From NCBI GenBank assembly GCA_041738615.1, contig JBGSPL010000001.1:226164-290163 (forward strand): 64,000 nucleotides of DNA, read 5' to 3'. This DNA comes from Patescibacteria group bacterium (GTDB lineage Bacteria; Patescibacteriota; CPR2; UBA1875; CAIMLA01). This document shows positions 57,062 through 64,000 of the stretch, piece after piece. A program made the translations under genes and the position numbers. How positions within the stretch are numbered: position 1 is the first letter of the stretch; each line of letters begins with the position of its first letter. Below the pieces are notes generated by a model. The model searched no databases. It saw nothing but the letters and a program-made list of their open reading frames with translations, and was not told the origin of the DNA.

Positions 57062-58492
57062 TCATCTGTACTGATCTGGTAAGTCCGTAGATAAGAGCAC
57101 CACGTCGCCTTTTACGGTAAGGTGGGGTAGCGCCCTGTGAACTGCAACCGTAGACTCATACCACAGGACTTCGCCCTGGTAGCCAGAATCCTTGAGCCCC
57201 TCTGCAACTATTTCTGTCATCGATGTTCGGACAAACAAGACCTTGTCTATCTTGGCTGCAGTAATTTCCCTGGCAATCTCTAGGTGCACTTCTCTGTTTT
57301 TTGCCCCCATCTCCACGAGGCCTGAAGTAACGTAAAATTTACGGTGTCCCTGGAGGTCGGCGAGGAAATCGATAACAGCTCTTGCCCCATCGGGATTACC
57401 GTTGTAGCTATCATCTAGAATGTAGATGTCATCCTTACTGCTGGTTAGCTCTAACCGCCTCGAGAAGGGCTTCGTGGCTGCAACCCCTGCGGCTAATTGC
57501 TGATCAGTGACCCCGAGGGTATGCCCTATTTGCATAGCAGCCACTAGTGAGCCCACCAAATGAACTCCGAGTAGGTCGGTATGTAAATCCAGAGTCTCGG
57601 CTCCATTTTGTACTGTAAAGTTCGTCCCGGTAAGGTCCGATGTGGCCGCTGCTACTTTGTAGTCGCCACAACCAAAACCAGAGTAAAACATATGGCTCCC
57701 CCGCCCCGCTGCCTTTGCTAGTTTGTTTTCGGCATTGATATACAGTGGTTTCTTCCCGATGCTGTCTGCGAGTTCAAAGATTGTAGCAACGGTTTTCTCA
57801 ATAGACCCAAACCTCTTCAGATGCGACTCATTTACACCGGTAATGACTCCAATGTCAGGACAAATAACTTTTGCAAGCCTAGCCACGTCACCGGGATAGT
57901 ACTCGCCTAGTTCAAAAACGAGAACCTCTTCGTCTCCTTTGAGGGTTTTCATAAAGTTATGGATGCCAAGTAAGGTATTGATACTCCCGCCAGGAGCGGC
58001 GACGACTTTACTGGATGAAATCACAGTCCGCAGTATTTCCCGCATGGTGGTCTTGCCGTAGCTACCAGCGATGGCGATCTTTACCCCTGGGTGCCCAGCG
58101 ATCACCTCCTTGAGTTTCTTTGCAATCGCTAGCTCGTACGGTTTCTGAATTAGATACTTGATAGTAAGAACTGGGATCGTGGCGAGATAAGGGAGCAAGT
58201 ATGGGATTGCAACGATGCCAGCAAGCGGCCAGTACCCAAGTGTAGGGAAGAAACTAGCTGTTGCTGCAATCACGGCGAACAACATGGCCAAATACTCTAG
58301 CCAGATTGCACCCCATATCACAAGGGCTTTCTTCGTCTTGTCGAGCCGCTCCACGTTCTCTACCTTCCTAAAGTTCGCTACCTTAAAGTACCATTCGAAG
58401 TAGTCGCCAAGATAGTATTCACTCGCCTGCAACATATATGTGAGCGACCGGGGGTAGCGAGGGCTAAAACGAGAAAGAGTTCGTCTTAACAT
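57062..58492 (-). CDS. murF: UDP-MurNAc-tripeptide--D-Ala-D-Ala ligase MurF with about 110-aa N-terminal membrane extension
   Basis: Mur ligase P-loop IAIAGSYGKTTMREIL. Three hydrophobic helices precede the MurF core. Confidence 0.85.
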   Translation of the reverse strand: MLRRTLSRFSPRYPRSLTYMLQASEYYLGDYFEWYFKVANFRKVENVERLDKTKKALVIWGAIWLEYLAMLFAVIAATASFFPTLGYWPLAGIVAIPYLLPYLATIPVLTIKYLIQKPYELAIAKKLKEVIAGHPGVKIAIAGSYGKTTMREILRTVISSSKVVAAPGGSINTLLGIHNFMKTLKGDEEVLVFELGEYYPGDVARLAKVICPDIGVITGVNESHLKRFGSIEKTVATIFELADSIGKKPLYINAENKLAKAAGRGSHMFYSGFGCGDYKVAAATSDLTGTNFTVQNGAETLDLHTDLLGVHLVGSLVAAMQIGHTLGVTDQQLAAGVAATKPFSRRLELTSSKDDIYILDDSYNGNPDGARAVIDFLADLQGHRKFYVTSGLVEMGAKNREVHLEIAREITAAKIDKVLFVRTSMTEIVAEGLKDSGYQGEVLWYESTVAVHRALPHLTVKGDVVLLSTDLPDQYR

Positions 58493-59238
58493 AAGAAATT
58501 CCTAATCTCGGCTACCACATCGGCGGGATTTTCTTGGTGCACAAAGTGTGTAGCCCCTGGTATGACAATAAATCGCGAGCCTACTATCAATCCTGACAAT
58601 TTCTCGCCATCTTCTTTGGGAGTCGAGGTATCGTTCTCCCCCCAGATTAACAAGGTTGGAACCTTAATCTTTGCGGCGTACTCTCGCAAGTCCTCCTTGA
58701 TTGTCAGGAGAAAATTTTCTCTAAGTGCACCCGTATCTAGGTAGTCACTACCGATAGCCTTATAAAAACGCTTTTTGATAGTATTCCTATAGAATAAAAA
58801 TGGCGGCATAAAAGTAAGCAGTCCAAAGATCTTCGCGGCTGTTGCAACCGAAAGATTTCGCAACGATTTGCCCTTTGCTATTCCTGCAGAACCGATAAGT
58901 ATCAGCTTTGCCGTCTTGAACTTGCCCGTCGAAATACCCTTGATTGCCACCCTGCCGCCAAATGAGTGCCCAAGTATCGCGTATGGATCAAGGCCTAGTT
59001 TATCGATAAAATGATTTACAAAACTTACGTATTCCGAAATCCCCCAAGTCTCTTGTGGTTTCTCAGTTCCACTAAACCCTGGCATATCTAGGCGCACTAC
59101 ACGGTACTTTCCTGCGAGTTCAGCGGCTATTGAATCGAAGGTATGAAGATTGTCCATCCAACCATGAAGCAACAGGACGACTTTCCCCTTGCCTTCGTCT
59201 AAGTATTCTGTAGCGAGTTTATCGACAATTATCTTCAT
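58486..59238 (-). CDS. alpha/beta hydrolase
   Basis: HGWMDN oxyanion region. GHSFGG nucleophile elbow. Confidence 0.8.
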   Translation of the reverse strand: MKIIVDKLATEYLDEGKGKVVLLLHGWMDNLHTFDSIAAELAGKYRVVRLDMPGFSGTEKPQETWGISEYVSFVNHFIDKLGLDPYAILGHSFGGRVAIKGISTGKFKTAKLILIGSAGIAKGKSLRNLSVATAAKIFGLLTFMPPFLFYRNTIKKRFYKAIGSDYLDTGALRENFLLTIKEDLREYAAKIKVPTLLIWGENDTSTPKEDGEKLSGLIVGSRFIVIPGATHFVHQENPADVVAEIRNFLC

Positions 59239-59341
59239 ATTTCCAACTAATTATAGCATAAGGCCATAGATAGAGACATTCTTTACTTTTGCCCTTGGGA
59301 GTGGTATAAATTTATGCATCGACAAGATTCGATGCGCATGT

Positions 59342-59593
59342 GTGCGCAAGAGGGGTAGGGGATGTCGTATGGCGCGAAGGGCATGCACTTGCACTACAGG
59401 GGAGGCCTGTGACGTGTGCGACCCGCACGGTTCGATCCGGAGGGAGATTCGCGAACGCAAGGTTCGCATCGCCGACATGCTGGCTGGTTTCTACGGAACC
59501 GACACTCATGAGGTGATTCAGGCTTTCGGTCATCAGCACAGCATCTTCCACGACGAGTCCGCCGTAACCCAGATGGTCACCGCCGGAAACTAG
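59342..59593 (+). CDS. high-GC small hypothetical protein (83 aa)
   Basis: Arg-rich N-terminus, Cys cluster CTCTTGEACDVCD. About 62% GC. Confidence 0.4.
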   Translation: MRKRGRGCRMARRACTCTTGEACDVCDPHGSIRREIRERKVRIADMLAGFYGTDTHEVIQAFGHQHSIFHDESAVTQMVTAGN

Positions 59594-59604
59594 GGAGGTC
59601 GGCT

Positions 59605-59769
59605 ATGTGCCAGCTCGGTATGTGCCTACCCCTTCTTGGGGTCTATGACGTCACAAAGGACGGGGACCGCGAACCGCAGGCTCAGATCGACGAAAGCGGA
59701 GAGTGGGCCACCCAAGCAGCTCCCACAACCGCAGACGACATGGAAGTCGACCTCGGCGACGAAGAATGA
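59605..59769 (+). CDS. high-GC small acidic ORF (54 aa)
   Basis: SD GGGAGGTCGGCT immediately upstream. MCQLGMCLPLLGVYDVTKDGDREPQAQIDESGEW... Not in the ORF track (<60 aa). Confidence 0.35.
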   Translation: MCQLGMCLPLLGVYDVTKDGDREPQAQIDESGEWATQAAPTTADDMEVDLGDEE

Positions 59770-59781
59770 GGTGATACTTCC

Positions 59782-59970
59782 ATGGCAAGGAAGAAGAAAC
59801 ACCACCTGCTCGTAACGCCGACGAAGGCTGTCTGCAGCTGTTGCGGCTCCCGACTCACTCGGCACTCAAGAGAGTGTCCCAAGTGCGGTCCGCTCCGCGG
59901 ATGGCGCTGGGCCGGCAAGAGCGATCCTCCGAAGATCGGAAATCCACTGCATTTCCTTGGCCGGGCGTAA
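59782..59970 (+). CDS. high-GC small zinc-ribbon protein (62 aa)
   Basis: CSCCGSRLTRHSRECPKCGP (CxxC...CxxC). Lys-rich N-terminus. Confidence 0.45.
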   Translation: MARKKKHHLLVTPTKAVCSCCGSRLTRHSRECPKCGPLRGWRWAGKSDPPKIGNPLHFLGRA

Positions 59971-60005
59971 CCTTTCGCCAGTCCAAGAAGACAAGTCACA
60001 CATGC

Positions 60006-60047
60006 GAAGGCCGCGACCCGTTAGGGTTCGCGGCCTTCCGCTTTTAT
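60006..60047 (+). terminator. strong GC-rich terminator after the zinc-ribbon ORF
   Basis: GAAGGCCGCGACCC-GTTA-GGGTTCGCGGCCTTC, 13 of 14 bp paired, followed by CGCTTTTATC. Confidence 0.7.
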
Positions 60048-60144
60048 CAATTATGTATCGTTTATCAATATTATGAATGGGGCCGCAAGCGCGCCCCCAT
60101 CCTTGATGGTTATGCGCTTGCGGCCAGGAGTCGTACTGTGGCTG

Positions 60145-60585
60145 CTAGGGGTGAGATGAATTGACGATATCAACCACCTCCGAAGCTCCCCACAGCAGCA
60201 ATTCCTGAAATGCGGGGTCCATGATGCCAATCGATTGCCAGTACTTCACGATATCGAGATACTCGCCGAAGTAGTCCAGGATGAGTCGATGAAACTCATC
60301 CAAAAGCCCAGCCACTTCCATGCCATGATCCAATACGGCCTCGCCGTTTAGGATATGGCACATAGTGACTGCCGCCTGCCGAGAATCCAAACCGCTAGGT
60401 AGCGGCATGCGTAACGGCACCGGATGCTGCTTGATGACGGCCCATTTGCCTTCGCTGACCTCTTGGGGAACATACTGAGCGTCGGCGTTGCCCGTCTCTA
60501 TCAGGCTGCGAAGCTTCTTCGCAAACCTCTCTAGCTCGATCCTCCTGAAGAGTTCTCTTTCTTCGCCAGCCACATCTAACACCAC
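60145..60585 (-). CDS. hypothetical protein (moderately high GC)
   Basis: 146-aa ORF. 12-bp perfect inverted repeat GGCCGCAAGCGC...GCGCTTGCGGCC at 60083-60127 downstream. Confidence 0.45.
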   Translation of the reverse strand: MVLDVAGEERELFRRIELERFAKKLRSLIETGNADAQYVPQEVSEGKWAVIKQHPVPLRMPLPSGLDSRQAAVTMCHILNGEAVLDHGMEVAGLLDEFHRLILDYFGEYLDIVKYWQSIGIMDPAFQELLLWGASEVVDIVNSSHP

Positions 60586-60679
60586 CTATCAATGTACGGG
60601 CCACCGCAGTGGCGTGTCTCCTAGCTGGCATCCTACCCTCAAACGAAACATCTGTCAACCCTAATGGGTAACTTTTAGG

Positions 60680-60796
60680 CTAGACCACTTCGTCCTTTGT
60701 TTTACGGTGTAGTTCCACTTCCTCGTAGTCCTTTTCCATATATATAGCCAATATAGTTGTAAGAATAATCCCAATTCCAATGTATAAAATATCCAT
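60680..60796 (-). CDS. candidate 38-aa single-TM peptide
   Basis: MDILYIGIGIILTTILAIYMEKDYEEVELHRKTKDEVV. SD GAGGTG 4 nt upstream. Confidence 0.3.
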   Translation of the reverse strand: MDILYIGIGIILTTILAIYMEKDYEEVELHRKTKDEVV

Positions 60797-60915
60797 GTGC
60801 ACCTCGATTATCAAAATAATCCAATTTGGTCATATAGTGGGCAATAGCGACAATAATTACCTCATCGCCGCTATGCCCTATACTTGATTTCCGTCGTTTT
60901 CTTTCTCTTGCGCTT

Positions 60916-61080
60916 TTAGTATTCTTGCTGAACCGAGCGGATAACGTTACTCATAAGTCGGCTACATGCCTCCAGCTCCCCGGCTACATGAAAGTGACGA
61001 TGATCATCCATTATATTTTTTGCGTCCAAGATATCAAGCTGCGCCTGATCAAGTATTTCAATTAGTCTATTTTTACTCAT
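60916..61080 (-). CDS. small ORF B (54 aa), tandem paralog of ORF A
   Basis: MSKNRLIEILDQAQLDILDAKNIMDDHRHFHVAGELEACSRLMSNVIRSVQQEY. RBS context AAGGGGGAATACTATGAGT is nearly identical to that of ORF A. Confidence 0.45.
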   Translation of the reverse strand: MSKNRLIEILDQAQLDILDAKNIMDDHRHFHVAGELEACSRLMSNVIRSVQQEY

Positions 61081-61091
61081 AGTATTCCCCC

Positions 61092-61262
61092 TTAATATAC
61101 GCTGTTTTGTGTCTCTTCGCGGATATATCCGATAATCATATTTATCGCGGTTATCTCGCCACTCAGTTCCTGGAGCTGCTTTTCCCTTAGGACCTCACCG
61201 GCTCCTGCCAGGTTTATCCCGGCTTGGCAAAGATGTTGGATTGCCTTGTCTTTACTACTCAT
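61092..61262 (-). CDS. small ORF A (56 aa), tandem paralog of ORF B
   Basis: MSSKDKAIQHLCQAGINLAGAGEVLREKQLQELSGEITAINMIIGYIREETQNSVY. RBS context TAGGGGGAATACCATGAGT. Confidence 0.5.
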   Translation of the reverse strand: MSSKDKAIQHLCQAGINLAGAGEVLREKQLQELSGEITAINMIIGYIREETQNSVY

Positions 61263-61738
61263 GGTATTCCCCCTAATCTTCTTAATGTATTTCACTTGTC
61301 CAGTCGACCATGGACTCTATAGTAATCTTATTTTGGGGGTCGTAAATAGCACCCTATGTTGGACTATAGGTGTCGCTCAAAATATGGGAATGAAGAACTT
61401 CTGAATCCTCGTGATTACGCTGCGGGTTTCGGGTGTGTGGCTTCCTTTTGTAGGTTCTAGTTGGTCTATCATCGTACCAAAGATAGAACATACTTGTCAA
61501 TAGCTGAAAGCTGTGGAAATCAAATATTTGCAATCTTTAACCTTTGCGGCAGCAAAAGAATTTTAACTATTTTTGGATTACTGCAACACGGTAATTTTGG
61601 AACCAGAATGCAGCCCGGGATAAAGCCTTCCATTAACTAAAATTATGCAGCAATCTTATGCGTAGACCTTGGAATAACAATACAACAAAAAGAAGCATTA
61701 CTGCTTCGCCACATTTTCTCTTCCTTTATTGAGGTTGC

Positions 61739-61760
61739 CCGGCCCCTTGGGGCCGGGCAG
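61739..61760. terminator. GC-rich hairpin downstream of the M23 peptidase gene
   Basis: GCCCGGCCCC-TTGG-GGCCGGGC. No U-tract. Confidence 0.4.
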
Positions 61761-61774
61761 GTTGTAGGTACATG

Positions 61775-62281
61775 TCACTTGCGTTTGGGAAGCAGTTTGA
61801 GTGGGTTCTTGGTGTGCCAGTTCACCCACATTTTCGGCCCAATCCCAAAGTGGAGATGGACCGTCTTGGTTAGCCCGGTTTTGCCCATCTTACCGAGCAT
61901 TTTCCCTTGCTTGACTCTCTGCCCCTTCTTCACGCTCACCTTGGAGAGGTGGGCATAGATGGAATAGAGACCGTTCTTGTGCCGGATGACAACGTAGTTG
62001 CCATAGCCTCCACCCTCGTTCGAGGCGCTGTGCCGAGCCTTGCGGTTTACGGCAACCACTTTGCCCCCACGAGCGGCGTAGATCTTGGTGCCTTTCTTGT
62101 TGGCGATGTCGATGCCGTTGTGGCGCCGCCACTCACCCGTGACAGGCTGGTGGCGCATCCCCGGCTTGGATATGACCTTGCCCTGTGCGGGCCACTCCCA
62201 AATGGAGGCTGAAGCCACCGATGGTAAAGCCATGATGCCAAGCAGAAACACGGTAAATACGTAACGTTTCACGCTTTCCAC
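61775..62281 (-). CDS. secreted M23 (LytM/lysostaphin-type) peptidase, high-GC gene
   Basis: Signal peptide MESVKRYVFTVFLLGIMALPSVASA. HNGIDIA, GYGNYVVIRH and VHLHFGI motifs. About 57% GC. Confidence 0.8.
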   Translation of the reverse strand: MESVKRYVFTVFLLGIMALPSVASASIWEWPAQGKVISKPGMRHQPVTGEWRRHNGIDIANKKGTKIYAARGGKVVAVNRKARHSASNEGGGYGNYVVIRHKNGLYSIYAHLSKVSVKKGQRVKQGKMLGKMGKTGLTKTVHLHFGIGPKMWVNWHTKNPLKLLPKRK

Positions 62282-62514
62282 CTTCTCCTAAGAGAGTCGA
62301 TGCAGACAGGTACATGAATCAACCAAAATATGGTCGACTTGTTACAATACACTATATATGCCCATGTGTCAAGGGTTGAGTGTCGATCCAGCTTGGGCGC
62401 AATGCAATGAGGCACTTAGCCGCGTACTGGATTGTCTTTAAAAAGAATTAATTAGTTGGTGAAGCATTGCCTGTGTAGCGCCGTAGATTGGAGTCTTCTA
62501 AGGTGTTAATCGGG

Positions 62515-63306
62515 CTATTCGAAGTCCCCTTCAAACACATGCGTCTCGGGTTTATTATCTAGACCCTGGGCAGATGTTTCCTCGGTTATTACTACCCTTT
62601 TATAATCACGACTGTCTTTAGCTGATTCGTAAGTCAAGGTATAGGTGTCTGAATTTTTCGTCATTTTACCAGTCGAGAAGAATGAGAATCCCTTGACTAG
62701 CCAGCCCTCAAAAAATTTACCCGTAGCGGGGTCAGGACTTTTTAATATCACGGTGTGTAGGAATTTTCCATCCAGATAGCTCCTGGTTGCAGAAGCCGTC
62801 CCCGTGTAGCTGTTTACTGCCTTAAGGTTGATTTCGATAGGGTATCCAGAAGTTAGCCAAGGACCATAATTACCCTCAAGCCTATAAACATTAGGGATTC
62901 CAGCATCTATCAATTTCTGAGCACCAGGGATAGAGGCGCTGTCGACGTGACAATAAACAAGATAGGTCTTTTGCTTGTCCAAGGTAGTAACTGCCTTGTC
63001 CAGTGATCCGTCCCCCACATAGTAATTAACCGCGCCGGGAAGATGACCTTTATCAAACCTTGGCGAAACATCAACGATAACTAACTCGGGGTTTTCTTGG
63101 ATTAATTTATAGGCATCCGCCGGTCCAACGTCTTTGTACTTATTGTCTTGGGCTGGTTCTGCCGTAACAACCTCATCTTCGGTTTTTGTTTGTATTTGAT
63201 TACTACTAACGTACCAATAGGCCAAACCAGCTATAAGAACAGCAAATATAGCTATTGCTACAATTATAATAGTTTTCTTGTGATTTTTATTGTTTGCGTC
63301 TCTCAT
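62515..63306 (-). CDS. membrane-anchored rhodanese-domain protein
   Basis: Start ATG 63306 (SD GAAGGAGA). TM helix IIIVAIAIFAVLIAGLAYW. Rhodanese motif YLVYCHVDSAS. Confidence 0.65.
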   Translation of the reverse strand: MRDANNKNHKKTIIIVAIAIFAVLIAGLAYWYVSSNQIQTKTEDEVVTAEPAQDNKYKDVGPADAYKLIQENPELVIVDVSPRFDKGHLPGAVNYYVGDGSLDKAVTTLDKQKTYLVYCHVDSASIPGAQKLIDAGIPNVYRLEGNYGPWLTSGYPIEINLKAVNSYTGTASATRSYLDGKFLHTVILKSPDPATGKFFEGWLVKGFSFFSTGKMTKNSDTYTLTYESAKDSRDYKRVVITEETSAQGLDNKPETHVFEGDFE

Positions 63307-63436
63307 AAAAATCTCCTTCTGTTTTCTATAGTATACCTCATGCCCATAGCTAGGGGCAAAACCCAAAGTATGTTAGTCGGATCCGACCCCCCTGAGTTTA
63401 CGTATCAAAAAAGCCACCAGATGGTGACTTGCTTGA

Positions 63437-63459
63437 TGGTGGACCCGACAGGACTCGAA
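63437..63459. repeat. 23-nt duplicate of the tRNA-Ala 3' end (att-like scar)
   Basis: TGGTGGACCCGACAGGACTCGAA, identical to 63612-63634 inside the tRNA. The sequence diverges immediately after. Confidence 0.6.
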
Positions 63460-63611
63460 GGGCGCCGTGCCCTATTTGCTGAAATCCTTAAGTCAGTTTT
63501 GTCGGAAAACCAATGCGATACCCATACCAATACTTAGTAGATACGCTTACTTCGCAGATTCTCTCCGCCGAGACAAAAAAAATATCCCAGTCAAAAGACT
63601 AAGATATTTTT

Positions 63612-63687
63612 TGGTGGACCCGACAGGACTCGAACCTGCCACCTCCTCAGTGCAAATGAGGCGCTCTACCAGATGAGCTACGGGCCC
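63612..63687 (-). tRNA. tRNA-Ala (anticodon UGC), CCA encoded
   Basis: rc GGGCCCGTAGCTCATCTGGTAGAGCGCCTCATTTGCACTGAGGAGGTGGCAGGTTCGAGTCCTGTCGGGTCCACCA. Cloverleaf with G3:U70 and a TGC anticodon loop. Confidence 0.9.
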
Positions 63688-63697
63688 ATGAATGTGT

Positions 63698-63955
63698 TTA
63701 CTCGACTAGTATGGAACCTGCCGGATTAACTATGGCGTAATATATCCAATCCCCAAATCCGAACATTACTAGCAAGGAAACAATAAAGATAATGACTCCA
63801 ACAAAGCGGACAAAAGTATATGTACCTGCGCCACCCATATAGCGCTCTGCGAAACCTATCGGTCCGGTAATCTGCTCTACGATGTACCTGGTATAGATAA
63901 TAATAACTATCCCAGACGGTACGCCGATGAGACCAAAGATTATTTTTCCGAACAT
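63698..63955 (-). CDS. hypothetical membrane protein
   Basis: Start likely at MFGKIIFGLIG. Two TM helices. The upstream in-frame GTG gives the longer track ORF. Confidence 0.4.
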   Translation of the reverse strand: MFGKIIFGLIGVPSGIVIIIYTRYIVEQITGPIGFAERYMGGAGTYTFVRFVGVIIFIVSLLVMFGFGDWIYYAIVNPAGSILVE

Positions 63956-64000
63956 ATACCCTCTCTTTCCCTCGAGTAACAAATAGTGACTAGGCACTAG

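Overview
The window is a gene-dense stretch of a low-GC bacterial chromosome. Native genes are about 43-48% GC. I could not establish the lineage. The content fits a reduced-genome bacterium with a Gram-positive-type envelope (sortase plus an LPXTG protein, PspC/LiaF-like genes, Ddl/MurF, a short IF-2, a 23S-5S operon unlinked to 16S, several leaderless starts). A Saccharibacteria-like epibiont is my guess, not a demonstrated fact.

Housekeeping blocks, all read by homology from the six-frame ORFs:
- ileS (3' part, runs off the window start), with a putative Ile T-box leader.
- rlmD-like methyltransferase, glmS, and a PspC-family envelope-stress cluster.
- nrdR, nrdD and nrdG, with the NrdD glycyl-radical segment encoded as a separate 52-aa ORF.
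- ftsA-ftsZ, then map-adk-ybeY-yqeY-rpsU-HIT.
- hisS, recJ, secDF, priA-def-fmt, nrnA-rbfA-infB-rpsA.
- A U32 peptidase, an MFS transporter, and a sortase with its LPXTG beta-propeller surface protein.
- 23S plus 5S rRNA, an ECF sigma / anti-sigma / LTXXQ-chaperone module, ddl-murF, and a tRNA-Ala.

The most striking signal is a mosaic of individually embedded high-GC ORFs (about 57-62% GC, GC3 about 70-75%), including a lone purC, plsY plus fabK, a Tat-signal metalloprotease, an M23 peptidase and several small ORFs. They sit in native AT-rich intergenic DNA. This is best explained by horizontal acquisition from a high-GC (Actinobacteria-like) donor.

Other unusual features:
- A 25-bp palindrome-containing direct repeat at 43228 and 47695, bracketing about 4.4 kb.
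- A duplicated tRNA-Ala 3' end, which looks like an integration scar.
- Tandem paralogous small ORFs at 60916-61262.
- A long ORF-poor intergenic region (32160-32843) with perfect inverted repeats.
- Several leaderless and non-AUG starts.
- No CRISPR array or obvious transposase was seen.
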